DNA of 63,974 bases, the filler included, from Octopus bimaculoides (taxonomy: Eukaryota): assembly GCF_001194135.2 (NCBI RefSeq). It is 8 parts of 8 records of this genome, joined end to end, with 100 filler letters (N's around TTAATTAATTAA, not from the genome) between each part and the next. Parts side by side here need not be neighbours in the genome. Positions count along the whole stretch, not along the records: positions 4,665 to 29,367 come from NC_068988.1; 7 more parts are not named here. One strand, written 5' to 3'. Below, piece by piece: positions 12,838 through 25,920 of this stretch. The position numbers were made by a program, and so were the translations under genes. The number at the start of each line of letters is the position of its first letter. Within the stretch, counting starts at the first letter, position 1. Below the pieces are notes generated by a model that saw nothing but the letters and a program-made list of their open reading frames with translations, was not told where the DNA came from and ran no database searches.

Positions 12838-13220
12838 CTTATTCTTTTATTCGTTTCAGTCGTCTGACTGCGGCTACGCTGGATCACCGCCTTTAGTCGA
12901 GCGAATAGACCCCGTGATTTATTTTTTGTAAGTCTAGTACTTATACTATCGGACTCTATTACTGAATCGTTATGTGGACGTAAACACACGAACATCGGTT
13001 GTCAAGCGATGCTGGGGCGACAAATACAGACACACACACATATATTATATGTATATATACACGACAGGCTTCTTTCAGTTTCCGTCTACCATATCCACTC
13101 ATAAGGCTTTGGTCGGCCCGAAGCTATAGTAGAAGACACTTGCCCAAAGTACCATGCAGTGGGACTGAACCCGGAACCATGTGGTTGATAAGCAAGCTAC
13201 TTACCACACAGTCACTCCTG
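12838..13220 (-). mobile_element. Near-complete SINE family A
   Basis: Minus-strand head with B-box GGTTCCGGGTTCAGTCCC, a central microsatellite and the family body; homologous to the copies at 40.6, 41.2 and 63.3 kb. Confidence 0.9.
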
Positions 13221-14455
13221 TTTAATTATTTTAATATTATTTTCTCGCAATTTATTTTCTTTCTATGGCGAGATTCTGTACAAGAATAGAACCGACAATC
13301 TCTTCAGGTCAACACCCTAAACATACAGGAAAACTTCCACCGCAATGACAAGATAGTAATATACTCTTTGTGTGTATGTGTGTGTGTGGTTGTGGTTGTG
13401 TGTAAGTTTGCGGTTGAATACAATTCAGAGTAGCTATAGAAGATCTAATTTAAGCAATTTTTGTCAGCTTCCTCCGTTTTTTTAAGAAACCCTAGTATCT
13501 ACAGTTTCGAAAGTATTTCTCTTGTACCAATAACTATGTCTCTATAATTATAGTACAATAGTTACTGGTTTGCATTAGTGTGCTGTATTCCTACGTTTTC
13601 TCTATTACTTGATACGGTATTCACAGTTCGATAATTGATTACTACAATAGAACGCTTCTTTTTTTTTTTTTTTCTCTGGCATAGCTAAATATGCAGTCTG
13701 CCATACAGCCGATTAGACTGAATGTTTCATTCAACATGTCTCGATGCTCGCTCTTCTGTCAGAAAATTACATTTCATTAGGGGAAAGTCATCATAGGAAC
13801 GTCATACTATACGGTACTTACAAATTTGTATTTCCCAGGAAGGTAATATTTCCTTAATATTTGTGGAGAAATTGCTTTACAGATTACACGTTAATAATAT
13901 TTAGTAGTCATCTGGCTGTGGGTCTAGACGTGTCTTTCTTTTACAAAGACATTAGTATGCCTGTTTTCCACCAAGTGGGCAAAAGTATATCTTCAAAGTG
14001 CAATTTTATATAATTATCTTTATCACTCATGCATAAATTACTATGTAGCACACCAGATATGATAATCTGACGTTTCATCATGTGATTATCACTGCACACA
14101 ATTTGTTGATTAGTCAAATATTCTCCTTTGAATATTTAGAAAGAATTGTCGCTAAATGTAAGCAGAAAATACATGCAGTACTAACATACCTAAATAATCG
14201 TTAAGAAGAGGAATCCAGGTTACTAAATGTCGCTACACGCATGAAAAATCATACGATTTGTATATTAATAAGTATAAATATTGTATTCGGCAACTATCTC
14301 AAAGAAATCAAAGTGACTTGAGAGGAATTCTAAATTCAGTCCATGATAACAGAACTGCAGCATAACTCGCTTCACAAATGTTTCCTTTGCATTCTCTACT
14401 GGTCGATAAATCAATATAGTTGTGACAAGCAATATCAACCATTATACATACATAT

Positions 14456-14506
<51 letters not shown>

Positions 14507-14797
14507 ATGTATATATGTATGTATGTGTGTATATAGTACATGCGATATGAATCTTCGATTTCGGCATCAACAAAATTATTCACAGAAATAATACACAAAG
14601 ACAAGATGAATGATATAGACATAAACACAACGTTGTGAAAAGCACAAATAGAATCAAAGGAGTGAATGTCATCGAGATAAAGAAGAACACAGCACTGTAC
14701 AAGTTTGTTGATGAGTTTGGTTTTGTGGGTAATGTGTGTGTGTGTTCATGAAAATATATATCCATACAAATATACATATATGTATACATGTACATGC

Positions 14798-14856
<59 letters not shown>

Positions 14857-16534
14857 CATAAACACAAATATATACTTAGTTATTTATATATCTATTACAT
14901 TAATGTATGTATGTGTGTATGCAAGTATTTATCTATGTATGTGTGGGCAAATCAATACGTGTATAGAGTACTTCCGTACAACAGACACACTGGTAGAGAG
15001 TTCGGTACCATTGGTAAAAGCTTTTACTGATGATTAAGGTGATTATGACTATCTGCGTTGTGACTCAAAGGTGGTCCGGCGGACTCACGGTTCTGTTCAT
15101 ATGAGTTCCACACCACTTTCCTCAATAAAGGTTTGATTGTTAAAGTAGGCGCTATCTATTTCGTATATGGGTGTGTGACTTGCTTATAAAATCTATGAAA
15201 TTATCTGAACGGGAAATTTCATAACAAGGTTTCTGTTTATTATTGTTTCGGACTCTTGTAATTATAAATCTTATGAGATCTCCCAGACGCACTGTAACTA
15301 CTGAGTCGATTAGTAAATTGTGATATTTTACTGCTGTTCTGGGATGTGTTGACTGGATCTGGCGTTTAGGACAGGGCAATGCCCGACGACCGATATCAAT
15401 AATTCCAGTCCATAAGATCTACGAAAGCTTCATCACTGTTTGACCGAAGCATTTGTTAACATATCATCTATTACATACTATTAATTGGCTTGCAACGTGG
15501 TACTAATGTCTGTTGACGGCAGCATGTGTGAGAAGCTGTTTAGTTGTTGCGTCAATGGATTGATTCGAAAGTGATGGCATGCACACTTCTGTCGACGCCA
15601 GTGATTTCGGACAGATGAGTAGTATTGAACGAGTTGGGTTGTCTGCCCTGACTGATTGGTGCTAAAGGCGTTGACGTATGCCTCTCTGTTGGCGTCATTC
15701 TGTCTTCTATGAGACGCTTTTCACAAACACCAACATTTCCGTGCCAGTCAATAGGGTACCTCGATTATCATTACATTTGATTTTTGCAGTCCATTCCTAG
15801 ATTACAGTTCCAAAACTGGTTACAATCGTGATTTGACTTAGATGTAGCGGCGAGTGAAATCAGCTGAAGCAGTAGAAATTAGGTAATACGATAATAAGTT
15901 ATGTTTGATGAAAATATGAGAGCGTATTTCTTTCAAATGTGGCCAACTTGGTTAGATTGTAAATTCATGCCATGATAAAGATAACTAACATTTAACATTG
16001 ATTTTATTTATATTCTTTACTGAACTATTAATCAATGTTCCTCCGAATAGATATAGCCACTATTACGAACGTCTAATACGACAGGAGATGTAGATTGGAA
16101 AGGAAATAAAATTAATACACAGAAATGACGTTGAAAAATGGATTTAAAGACAGCACACAGTGTTCCATAACTTTGTTGATTGATTACAAAGCTAACAATT
16201 TTTCTTTACTCTATTGTCAAATACATTTGGACCTTAGCTAGGGTCTTTTGTCGTGAAGAATCCGGAAATGGCATCTGTTTATTATTATGTCAAGATTTGC
16301 ACTGCTAGATCCATAGAATTTCACTGGCTTTTCAATAAAGCAGATTATGAGAAACAAAGCATGCCATACAAACATACGTAGAAAAACTAGTAAACTGTCT
16401 ACAGCCAAATTACATCATTGTTTATACCTATTTTCCCATAAATTTGGGTTTCGATGATTTTCTACCCCCACAACTACCCCCACACACACTCCATGGAGAT
16501 CCCTCAGATATTGTGACAGGGCCTTAAATATCTA

Positions 16535-16820
16535 TGGGCCCTAGCTTGGCACTCAAGGACACCCAGCTATTTAACGCCTTGCCGAAACATTTGAGGGATC
16601 TCCATGGAGTGGTGTGGGTAAATGTTTTCAGGAAACAGCTTTACCTCTTGCTATCCAAGATCAAAGATGAACCAATATCAAGTCAGGAAACTCAAAAGAG
16701 TGCAGAAGTGTCGAACTCCCTCCTTCATCAAAAGCCAATCTCATAAGATTAGCCATTGATTATGCTGGTGGTGCTCCATCATAGCCAGAGACTTAGGGCT
16801 GCAACATATAAAAGAATAAA
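16535..16820 (+). mobile_element. 3' end of a CR1-like LINE ORF2 plus UTR
   Basis: QLFNALPKHLRDLH..FRKQLYLLLSKIKDEP..SNSLLHQ resembles CR1-group C-termini. Confidence 0.7.
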
Positions 16821-16862
16821 ATATATGTGTGTGTCTGTGTAAAGATAGATAGATACATACAT

Positions 16863-16864
<2 letters not shown>

Positions 16865-16942
<78 letters not shown>
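16865..16942. repeat. (GT)n microsatellite
   Basis: Perfect dinucleotide run. Confidence 0.98.
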
Positions 16943-16944
<2 letters not shown>

Positions 16945-17030
16945 GCAAAGTCGACCGCGGCGGAATTTGAAATCAGAACATGAAGACTGACGAAATGCCG
17001 CTAACTATTCTTGCAGCTCATTGCCTTAAT
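16943..17030 (-). mobile_element. SINE family B 5' part
   Basis: AGGCAAAGTCGACCGCGGCGGAATTTGAAATCAGAAC..ACGAAATGCCGCTAA. Confidence 0.85.
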
Positions 17031-18204
17031 TATTTGAACATTACTGAAATATTCGAAGAAAACCTAACATGATAGTAGAAGTAACTCTTCTCTGCTATGT
17101 TTTCTGTTAACTCAAAAGGATATTTTTTGTCAGAAATAAAGAAACTGGCCTTTATTTTGTCCGTTAACTGATTGGTGGGAGATTTACTGATGCTGTGGCT
17201 ACCATTTTGACACCAGTGCGTCTGCCCAGATGAATGATCGTTTCGTTTGTTGATTTGTTGGAAAAGAGATGCCACGGAAACTTCTATTAACGTTAGTACT
17301 TCTGAACAGATAAACAGATGCTTTATCCGTTGACTAGTCTTTTAGGTGAGAACGTTGGCATGTCTGTTAATGTCAGCCATCTGATGTTATACTGTTTTGA
17401 CGAAACAGTATAACACGAAGCAAATTTGTGGACCTACTTTCGAATCACTGGTATAGAACAAATAAGTATTCGCATGAAGTATTCGCCACATAGTCATCAT
17501 TGTTTATCGTCATCATTGATATTCAAAATTTGTACTTTTATGCAATATTCGTTGATGTAGCCGTTTGACTTATTTAGTTTTGCTGATTTCAACATTCTAC
17601 TGGCACCAGTACCAAATCCCCAATATTATATTGAAACTATTACATATTTTTATATATTGCTATATTCTAAGATTACTATATATTTTTGGGACTCAATCGG
17701 AAGCTGAATCGAGAAAAGCTGAGATTTTGATCACACATAATGATAGATATTCAATGAACAACTGATGTCAGAAATCACAGAAAATCATCCAATTTTTAAA
17801 AATATATTCTGACAATTAATTGCCTTTGTTTTTCGCAGAGCAGTATTGATTATTATATCGGAAATCATATTCAACGGGGATATAGGCTATGATGACATTA
17901 CGAAGAAATATCTCTAGAGTGATTCAGTTAGCCAACACTCAAAACGTTAGCACGATTCACCACAAAACAAATTTGATACTGTGTGTGATTGGCCATTTTA
18001 AGTTTTTAGCACGTCACTATATTCGTTAACAATGAGGATTATGTAGAAAAGTGTACTTCACTGTCGCTTCATCCTTGTGGCGCCAGTGGTCAAGGAAACC
18101 GAGGGATGAGACCAAAAGTGTGTCGATAACATATAAACGCCGGTTTGCAGAAGTGGTCATTAATTGTTCATGATAGCAAGTTGAAATAGCGACTAAAGAG
18201 TAAG

Positions 18205-18245
18205 GCAGCAGCAGCAGCAGCAGCAGTAATAGTAGTAGTAGTAGT

Positions 18246-18274
<29 letters not shown>
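18205..18274. repeat. Compound (GCA)n-(GTA)n-(GCA)n trinucleotide repeat
   Basis: Direct tandem units. Confidence 0.95.
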
Positions 18275-18276
<2 letters not shown>

Positions 18277-18936
18277 ATGGTGGTGGTTGTATTGGTAGTG
18301 GTGTCGCGTGGAGGTATTGGGTCGCGGGGACGTGGTGATGTGGGGTCGTAGTCGTGCTGGAGATATTGGTGGTACAGGCACGAGATCCTAGACTTGGCAT
18401 ATGCTCGAATCATTATTATTTTATTATTAATCTGAAGCCATGAAGTTGGTGTGGGGTGGGGATTTGGGCAACTCAGACTATCAGGATTGCCTTCTTTTGG
18501 AGATTAGTAGAATATACATCATTTGACTGTCGTTAAATCGACTTTAATATCCTAATAATCCCATATCCAGTACATGATTGGTTAATTTTGTTTTTATCAT
18601 TGCTGATACTATTAAGCCGGAAACTTTCTCTATAGACGAAACGAGAGAGAGAAAAAATGACGTCTCAGAAAGATAGAACAAAATACCGGAAGACAATCAG
18701 TTCGACGCCATGTTGCCTCAGATAAATTGTAACCTTCGAAAGGTGTTATTATATGATTTTAAGTGTGCTATTGATTGTCCAAACAATGTCTTCAAGCCAT
18801 CTGTCATTCCATTCAGTATTGACTGTTTTCACAAACACATAAAAAAATCCATTATCACATTGTTTCTCTCAACTTATACACAGTTATACGTATATATGTG
18901 TGTATTTATATGTATGTGTATTTATATATATATGTA

Positions 18937-19026
<90 letters not shown>

Positions 19027-21005
19027 TGTAGAACGAGAGATACATAGATACATAGATACATAAATGCATACATTCATACATTTAGAGACATATACGTATG
19101 CGTGTATATATATGTATATATGTATATGCATACACACACACACACACACAAACACACACGTAGAAGCAACACCATCGTGATATATGTGTGTTAGTGTATG
19201 TATATTTCTGTATATGTACATCTCACTGAGTGTGGGTGTGTATAGAAGAGATAATATGTATGCATGTATGTATGTATTAAGTAGGTAGGTANNNNNNNNN
19301 NNNNNNNNNNNNNNNNNNNNNNNNNNNNNNNNNNNNNNNNNNNNNNNNNNNNNNNNNNNNNNNNNNNNNNNNNNNNNNNNNNNNNNNNNNNATATATGAA
19401 ATAGTTGAGATTCAGTTAAATTAGGCACATAAGTTGGAGCACCAAGTCAGTCCGGTATTATCCGCACAGCCCGAAGTAAGGTGAATAAAATCAAAATAAA
19501 CAATAGGATATTAAGTAGTGATGCAGTGCGACCGTTTTAAGCGGCTCCATTTAATTGAACAATGCAATCACTACATCAATTTAAATAGTAATGCCATCTT
19601 CAGCAGTACAAATAAATAAATGGTATTTTAACAAGTAGGACATATTTATATAATCTTTCTCAAATATTCTAACAAGAATACGGAAGAAATTCATGTTGTC
19701 GCTATTGTAGCTATGAATAGACTACAACTTCTAAGAATCGAATGGAGCGAAAACATAACGGACAGAAAAGGGAGATAAAAACACGCTACAAGGAACATTC
19801 GCAGCTGATTTTCTCATCAGTTGGTTTCTGAGACATTTTTGTGGTTTCACGCTTTTCGAACCAAGACCACCGTTACCAACGGGAGCACTGAACATAGAGC
19901 TACAGAAAAAAAGGCTTGTATGTGTGTGCGTGCATGTGTATGATATGAACTAAGGATTATATATTGTGGTTAATAATAGTTTCTTGCAATAAACACATAC
20001 CAATTAGACGGATCCTATGTTTATTTATTCAACCTCGTTTTCGTACAGGTTTCGCTTCTATCACGATTCATAACTCTTAGGTATTACAAAGAAATCGCTT
20101 CCCCTTAATCTCACAATGAACTGATACGTTCATAAGACTTAAAGGAATGAAAAATAATTCTGTCCTGTGTATGTCTCATCAATAATCATCGTTCATTGAG
20201 GTAAAGTATTCCGTTAGGATGAAACTAAAACAACGACTGCAAGAACAATTAATCTACCATGGTACCATGTACCATCTTAGACCAAAAGCCATGGGCTATT
20301 CACAATCAAAACAATTGAAAACCCACTAAGATCTGTTAGTTCTGTAATCAGAATCAGTTGCATTTCTTTCTTGTCATTAACAATGTTACTGCATCATTCA
20401 CTCATCCCTGCGATTTTATTTCCTTCCGGTAACAGGAAAGGAGAATTATTTCTATTTTCTTTTCGTTGGTTGAGGCAATTACTTTTCGATGCAAAGTATA
20501 CGAAGTAAATTATAATTGAGTTAAAATTAAGTATTCTGTGTTGTATGTATATAATGAGCGATGTCCATCACCTTCAGTGTTTCGATGTGTGTGCGCGTGT
20601 GCACGAATATAAGTGTATATTTGGCTGTGTGAGAGTATGTATTTATACGTTCATTAATTATACAATACTTTAAGATATGAACAACTTGGAAATTCAAGCA
20701 ATTAGGTATATATGTATGTATGTATACACTCATACATACATTCACACACACATATATATATACACATGCACTTATACATATATACATATACACATATATA
20801 TGCATGCATGTATATGTATTCATATATATGTACATGTATATATATATGTATATATATATATATATCTATATATATGTGTGTATGTGCGTGTGTATGTCTG
20901 TGTGTGTGTGTGTGTGTGTATGTATACATATCAGTTCAATTTCATTTCCACAATATCTTAGCGTAATTAAATTCAATATGTCCGTCAAAGTTTGCAAAAG
21001 TTGGC

Positions 21006-21046
<41 letters not shown>

Positions 21047-21656
21047 GATATGTTGTAGGTGAGCGAATAGAGGTATATAGTATGTATTCCCAGAAGCCGA
21101 GTACATTCATCGAAATTCAATTATATTTCTTCACCGGAAAACCATCTTTCCTATTGGCAAATTTCTGATTTGCCTTTGGATTATTCTCGCGTGTGGTCAG
21201 GTACCAACTCCGACAAATAGCCAACGGGTATTTCATGGTCAAAATTGGCGACGAATTTCTTCGTACATTTAGTTCTAATAGAGAATAAATGTTGTTTCTT
21301 TCCTGCCTATTAGAATTCTATTGAATCAGATATTCCATCCCACCTTCTTTTCCTTCCGGTAAGAGGGTAACAGAGTTGCTTCCCTTCTTTTTCTAAGTGG
21401 GAGAGATTACTTATTGTTATAATTAGAATTTTAATGTATATATTGAATTTGCTTCTAGCGTATTGAACTTGTAAGGCCCATTTTCAAACAGAAGATGTAC
21501 TCAAATATTAGAATTCAACATATGCATGTAGTCCCCAGGAAATACAAAATGTGGAGCTAGATTGATTTTAATGCGGTATGTATTTATACATTATGCTAGG
21601 AAAGCGTTAGAAGCATAAGATTACTTAGAAAGGTAGCACTCAAAGTTCTTACTTAC

Positions 21657-21713
21657 CATGATAATACTAATTTCATTCAAGTCAGAGACAAATCTCAACG
21701 AAGTCAACTCATT
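21657..21713 (-). CDS. Candidate internal exon NELTSLRFVSDLNEISIIM (product unknown)
   Basis: Acceptor TTTAATATTTATAG| and donor ATG|GTAAGT; 57 nt, phase 0-0, open. Confidence 0.3.
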
Positions 21714-22245
21714 CTATAAATATTAAACTAATGCTAATACATGTTCTAATACTAAATCAAAATATGAAAGCATTCTCTACATTCCCACTTGCTTTTATTT
21801 ATTCCTGCGAAATTTCTTTAACCACCGCAAGAAGTCGCTGTGAACGTCAACGAATGAATGTCTCTGTATTTTGTTCTTCGTCTGTCAGACGACAATCTCT
21901 TGAAGATATATCATGTGGAGCACTGGATTTTTGAAGTATCGGAAGAAAATAAATGTAGGATAACTGCTACGTAGGTACATTTTACAGACGCAAGTAAACA
22001 AGGTGCTCTGAACAGTTAATTATATGATTTAGGAAAATAAGACTTTTGTTTTAAAGTCTTAAGTTTACGCCATTGATCTGAAATTTGAACTGATGAACAT
22101 GCCTTTGAGAAGCATTGCCTCTGATGTCTGGTCTCTGAATCATTCAAATCCTAAATGTGAGAATTATAATCCTGGAAACTTAAAGCGTTGTATGTTGGAC
22201 CATAAGATATTATTTTAAAATAAATCTACTGCAGTGATTCCTTAC

Positions 22246-22346
22246 CTGCATACTGACATGAGTTCGGGTTCCTGGGGATGTGCTGGTCCCACAAAAGAAA
22301 TTTCTAACTTGAGGAATTTTACGAACTTTTCTTCTCCGCCACTGGA
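22246..22346 (-). CDS. Candidate internal exon QWRRRKVRKIPQVRNFFCGTSTSPGTRTHVSMQ (product unknown)
   Basis: Acceptor TATACAG| and donor CAG|GTAAGG; 101 nt; two frames are open. Confidence 0.3.
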
Positions 22347-25290
22347 CTGTATACGTCACGATGCAACAAAAAATTGTGTGCAGCGAATATCATTTAGCTA
22401 ATTAATATAAGAAGCTGTGAAATCTTTCAGAAAGTAGGGCTACTCGACTATTTTCTTCATTGAACGTATGTAGTAGAGAGTTATGAGTGAAATCATTTAT
22501 CGTTGACGATATAAAGCGTATCTATAATCACTTGGAGAATGAAACAATAATGATTAATGCATATTTGATAAGTAAAATGACTCCATAAGTTTGAAGTACA
22601 TATTGCACAATAACAAAAATAGTTGTCCAGGAAGTACATTTTGAAACAAAAGTGCAAAATTTATTAGCGACTTGAAATAGCTCAGTCTCGAATCCAGGTC
22701 ACTAAACAAATAGATAAGCTACAGAATTTGTTTCCCATTGCGGTTTGAGAGCCAGTTTTGATTCAAGTCGGACATATTTGACATTAAACGTTTTAATGTT
22801 TGTTTCTCTTATTTTAATGTTACTCTCATTCTTTCCTTTGCCACCCACCTCTTCCTTTTTCGTTCGCTCCCTTCCTCTCTCTCGCGCGCGCTTGCATGCT
22901 TTCTATGTGTGTGAGCATATTTATCGATGTGTATGATGAGACGAGAGGGAAATGTGTATTTCACTGTTGTTCAGTTGATAAATTGTGATGTCTTTCTTTC
23001 TCAATCTTTCTATCTGTGTATGTATATTTTTGCATACGCGTTTGGGCGTGTATGTAGGCACGCGTATGATCACCTTCAGTACCAAAAGAGGCTGAATGCC
23101 AAGTCAGCTGTGCCAAATCGTCATCATCCAAACAACTGCACAAAATCGTCGCATTCTAACAATAATATGATTATAGTAGCAAAGAAAATCTTCGCGAGTA
23201 ACTGAAGTATCTTCAAGTAAAGAGAAAATATCTATGAAGAGATTTTCGTTTCGACGATCTTTACAATCACATCGACGAAGTCCAATGAAGTCTAAGAAAG
23301 AATGTCGAGTATTACTTTCGACAGCTGCTTTCTTGTTTATCGGTCCTTTCCGTACATCAATTCATCCAATATGAAACCATCAAAGTACGTCAAGATTATT
23401 TTTCATAGTAATTTCTATCCATCTGTTTGAAACTTCTTTAGGATTACCGGCAGCATTTTGGAAATTTTCCTTCACTTGTTCTTTTAATTCCGGCCTACTT
23501 ATAATTTTCATGGCACTAATTTCATGGGCAGTTTGCCATGCCGAGGAAGAGTGTTTTCTGTTGCATGTGCAATCTGATATACTTTATTTTCAGTACATTC
23601 TTGCTGTTTTGTTTTATAAATGTAACCTCTTGCTAAGCTTCTTTTCTTTCTTTTTTTCCGTCCTTTCGTTTCCTTCTTTTTTTTTATTTAATTTAGTGGT
23701 ATTTGTTGTAGAAGGGCTTGATTGACATTCGTGTCATTAAATAGGTAGACATTTCTAAATATTGCGTTTCTCAATAATTACTTCAGACACTTATGGGACT
23801 GGACGTTTGGTTTAAATCCTCATGTGAGGCGACAAAATTGTTCTATGTTGCGAGTGGAGATTTGGTATCAGTTTCTACTTATTGGAATGATTCGAAAATC
23901 TTTCTAGCCGACATGATGTATCATTACCAAGTTTCATTGTTGCTATATGGAAACATTTAAGATTACTTTGTTGGTGAGTAAACTCATATACTTCGAAAAG
24001 CATCATATGCTTCGTTATTTGCCATTTTTATATTATAAAGACGCAATAAAGTTGGACCATGACACAGTTGTAATACATATGTGCCTATATTTTGAGTCGC
24101 TTGTTTTAGAATTTAGTATTCTGGTATAAAAGTTACTAAATATGACGAAATGTGCCAATCATTTCGATTGGTTGAATGACGGAAAGCAAAGTTGTGGCTG
24201 TTATCGACGCCTTATAGGTGAGGTTTTGTCCTCGACATTAATAAAAACATGATGCTTGTGGACTTTTTGAAATATTTCTCTGGGTGGAAGAAAGAAAACA
24301 ACGACCACAATTATGCTAAAGGATAAACATAGACTGTAAATGTAACCTTTTAGCATTCAGATTATCCTGCCAAACGTAATACTTTTTCATTCAAACTATT
24401 TTTAACTAATCGTGCATTATTTTGTAGCATCGAAATGTTGATTGTATATTTTATAATGACCTTGAAGGGTAAGTGTGATAGGCTAAATCTAGATGGTTAG
24501 AACATAAAACAGGAAGGATATTTTGACCTAATATAGTTGGTTTATATGTTAAAGGGTTAGATTAAATTCACTGCTATATGCGGAACATAAATACAGACAA
24601 GGATCTGTAGATGAAACGAAAAATTGTTTCCGTGCATAAAACAGAATATTTTAATTTTCATATGATTGTAATTTTTAAAGTTCTTTTCATACAGCAATAA
24701 TTAAAAAAAAAAGATAACCATTCTCCGCTGCTACCTGAAGGCATAAACAACAGTGTGAATGAATGATACAATACTCTGTCGTGTGTGTGTGTTTGTGTGT
24801 TTGTGTGCGTGTGTATGAGCATGTGTGTATGTAGTCGCATGAATGCATATGCGTATGTATGTATGTATGCATAAATACACATACAAACCATTTATTTTCA
24901 AGTAAACGGTGATAAAACATAATCCTGATGTGAAGATAAACTGAAATATGGTGATGATTACCATCAGATATGCTCTCAATGAACGCATTTCAGCCTTACC
25001 ACAAAAGGTATGTATTCATACACGCTGCGAATGAATTTAACTGAAACTTATCTAATTCATTTCCTTTCTTAGATACAATATTTTGACCGAAATGTTGAAA
25101 ATCAGGGACTTTCAAAGGGTTTTACAACATCCATTCCTATATCATTTTCATAAAGCTTGATAATGTTTTACAAAAAAACAAAACCAAAAGATTTTTTATA
25201 AATACGTGCGCATGTGCTTGTATGTATGTATGTATGTATGTATGTATGTACGTGTCTATGTATGCATGTTTCTATGGAAGGATAGATAGG

Positions 25291-25366
<76 letters not shown>

Positions 25367-25883
25367 TACAAACAACTATTTCCCTGTCTATAGGTGTTGT
25401 AATTTTCCCTCGTTAAATGTTTAGACATTCTGAAACCTTTTGAATGTTAAACAATTAACAAAGGTCCCTTTATTTTTTATCGTATTCAATTCAGAACATC
25501 TACGATGCTGGCACTGATATGATATTTTCATATAAAATTCGGTTCATTATATGTTATTTAAATGAAAAACGTTTGTATCTTGCTGGGAGAGGGATAATCC
25601 TATTGCGTAAACAATGCATATATCTCATAAACAATCTCTTTCATGTTTTAAACTGCACTTTAAAATTAGATATCAAAAGTTTAATTGATTGTTTGGAAAA
25701 GTAAAGTATCGCATACTTTGAAAAAAAAAGCGGAAACAGAATGAACATTTTCAGAAGCGTTTACTCATGATAATCTGCAAGAATATAGATAATTAAAATC
25801 CTTCGAGACATCTCAAGAACCAATGTGAGGGACGCTATAATACAAACATTCACACAACAATAATCGCACACACACACACACAC

Positions 25884-25920
<37 letters not shown>

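Noticed and set aside
14540-14730. Hydrophobic minus frames resembling a signal peptide, GPCR TM3 or Cys-loop receptor M3
   Set aside because: Motif spacing is wrong (no DRY, Cys offset), several frames look equally protein-like, and there are no convincing splice sites.
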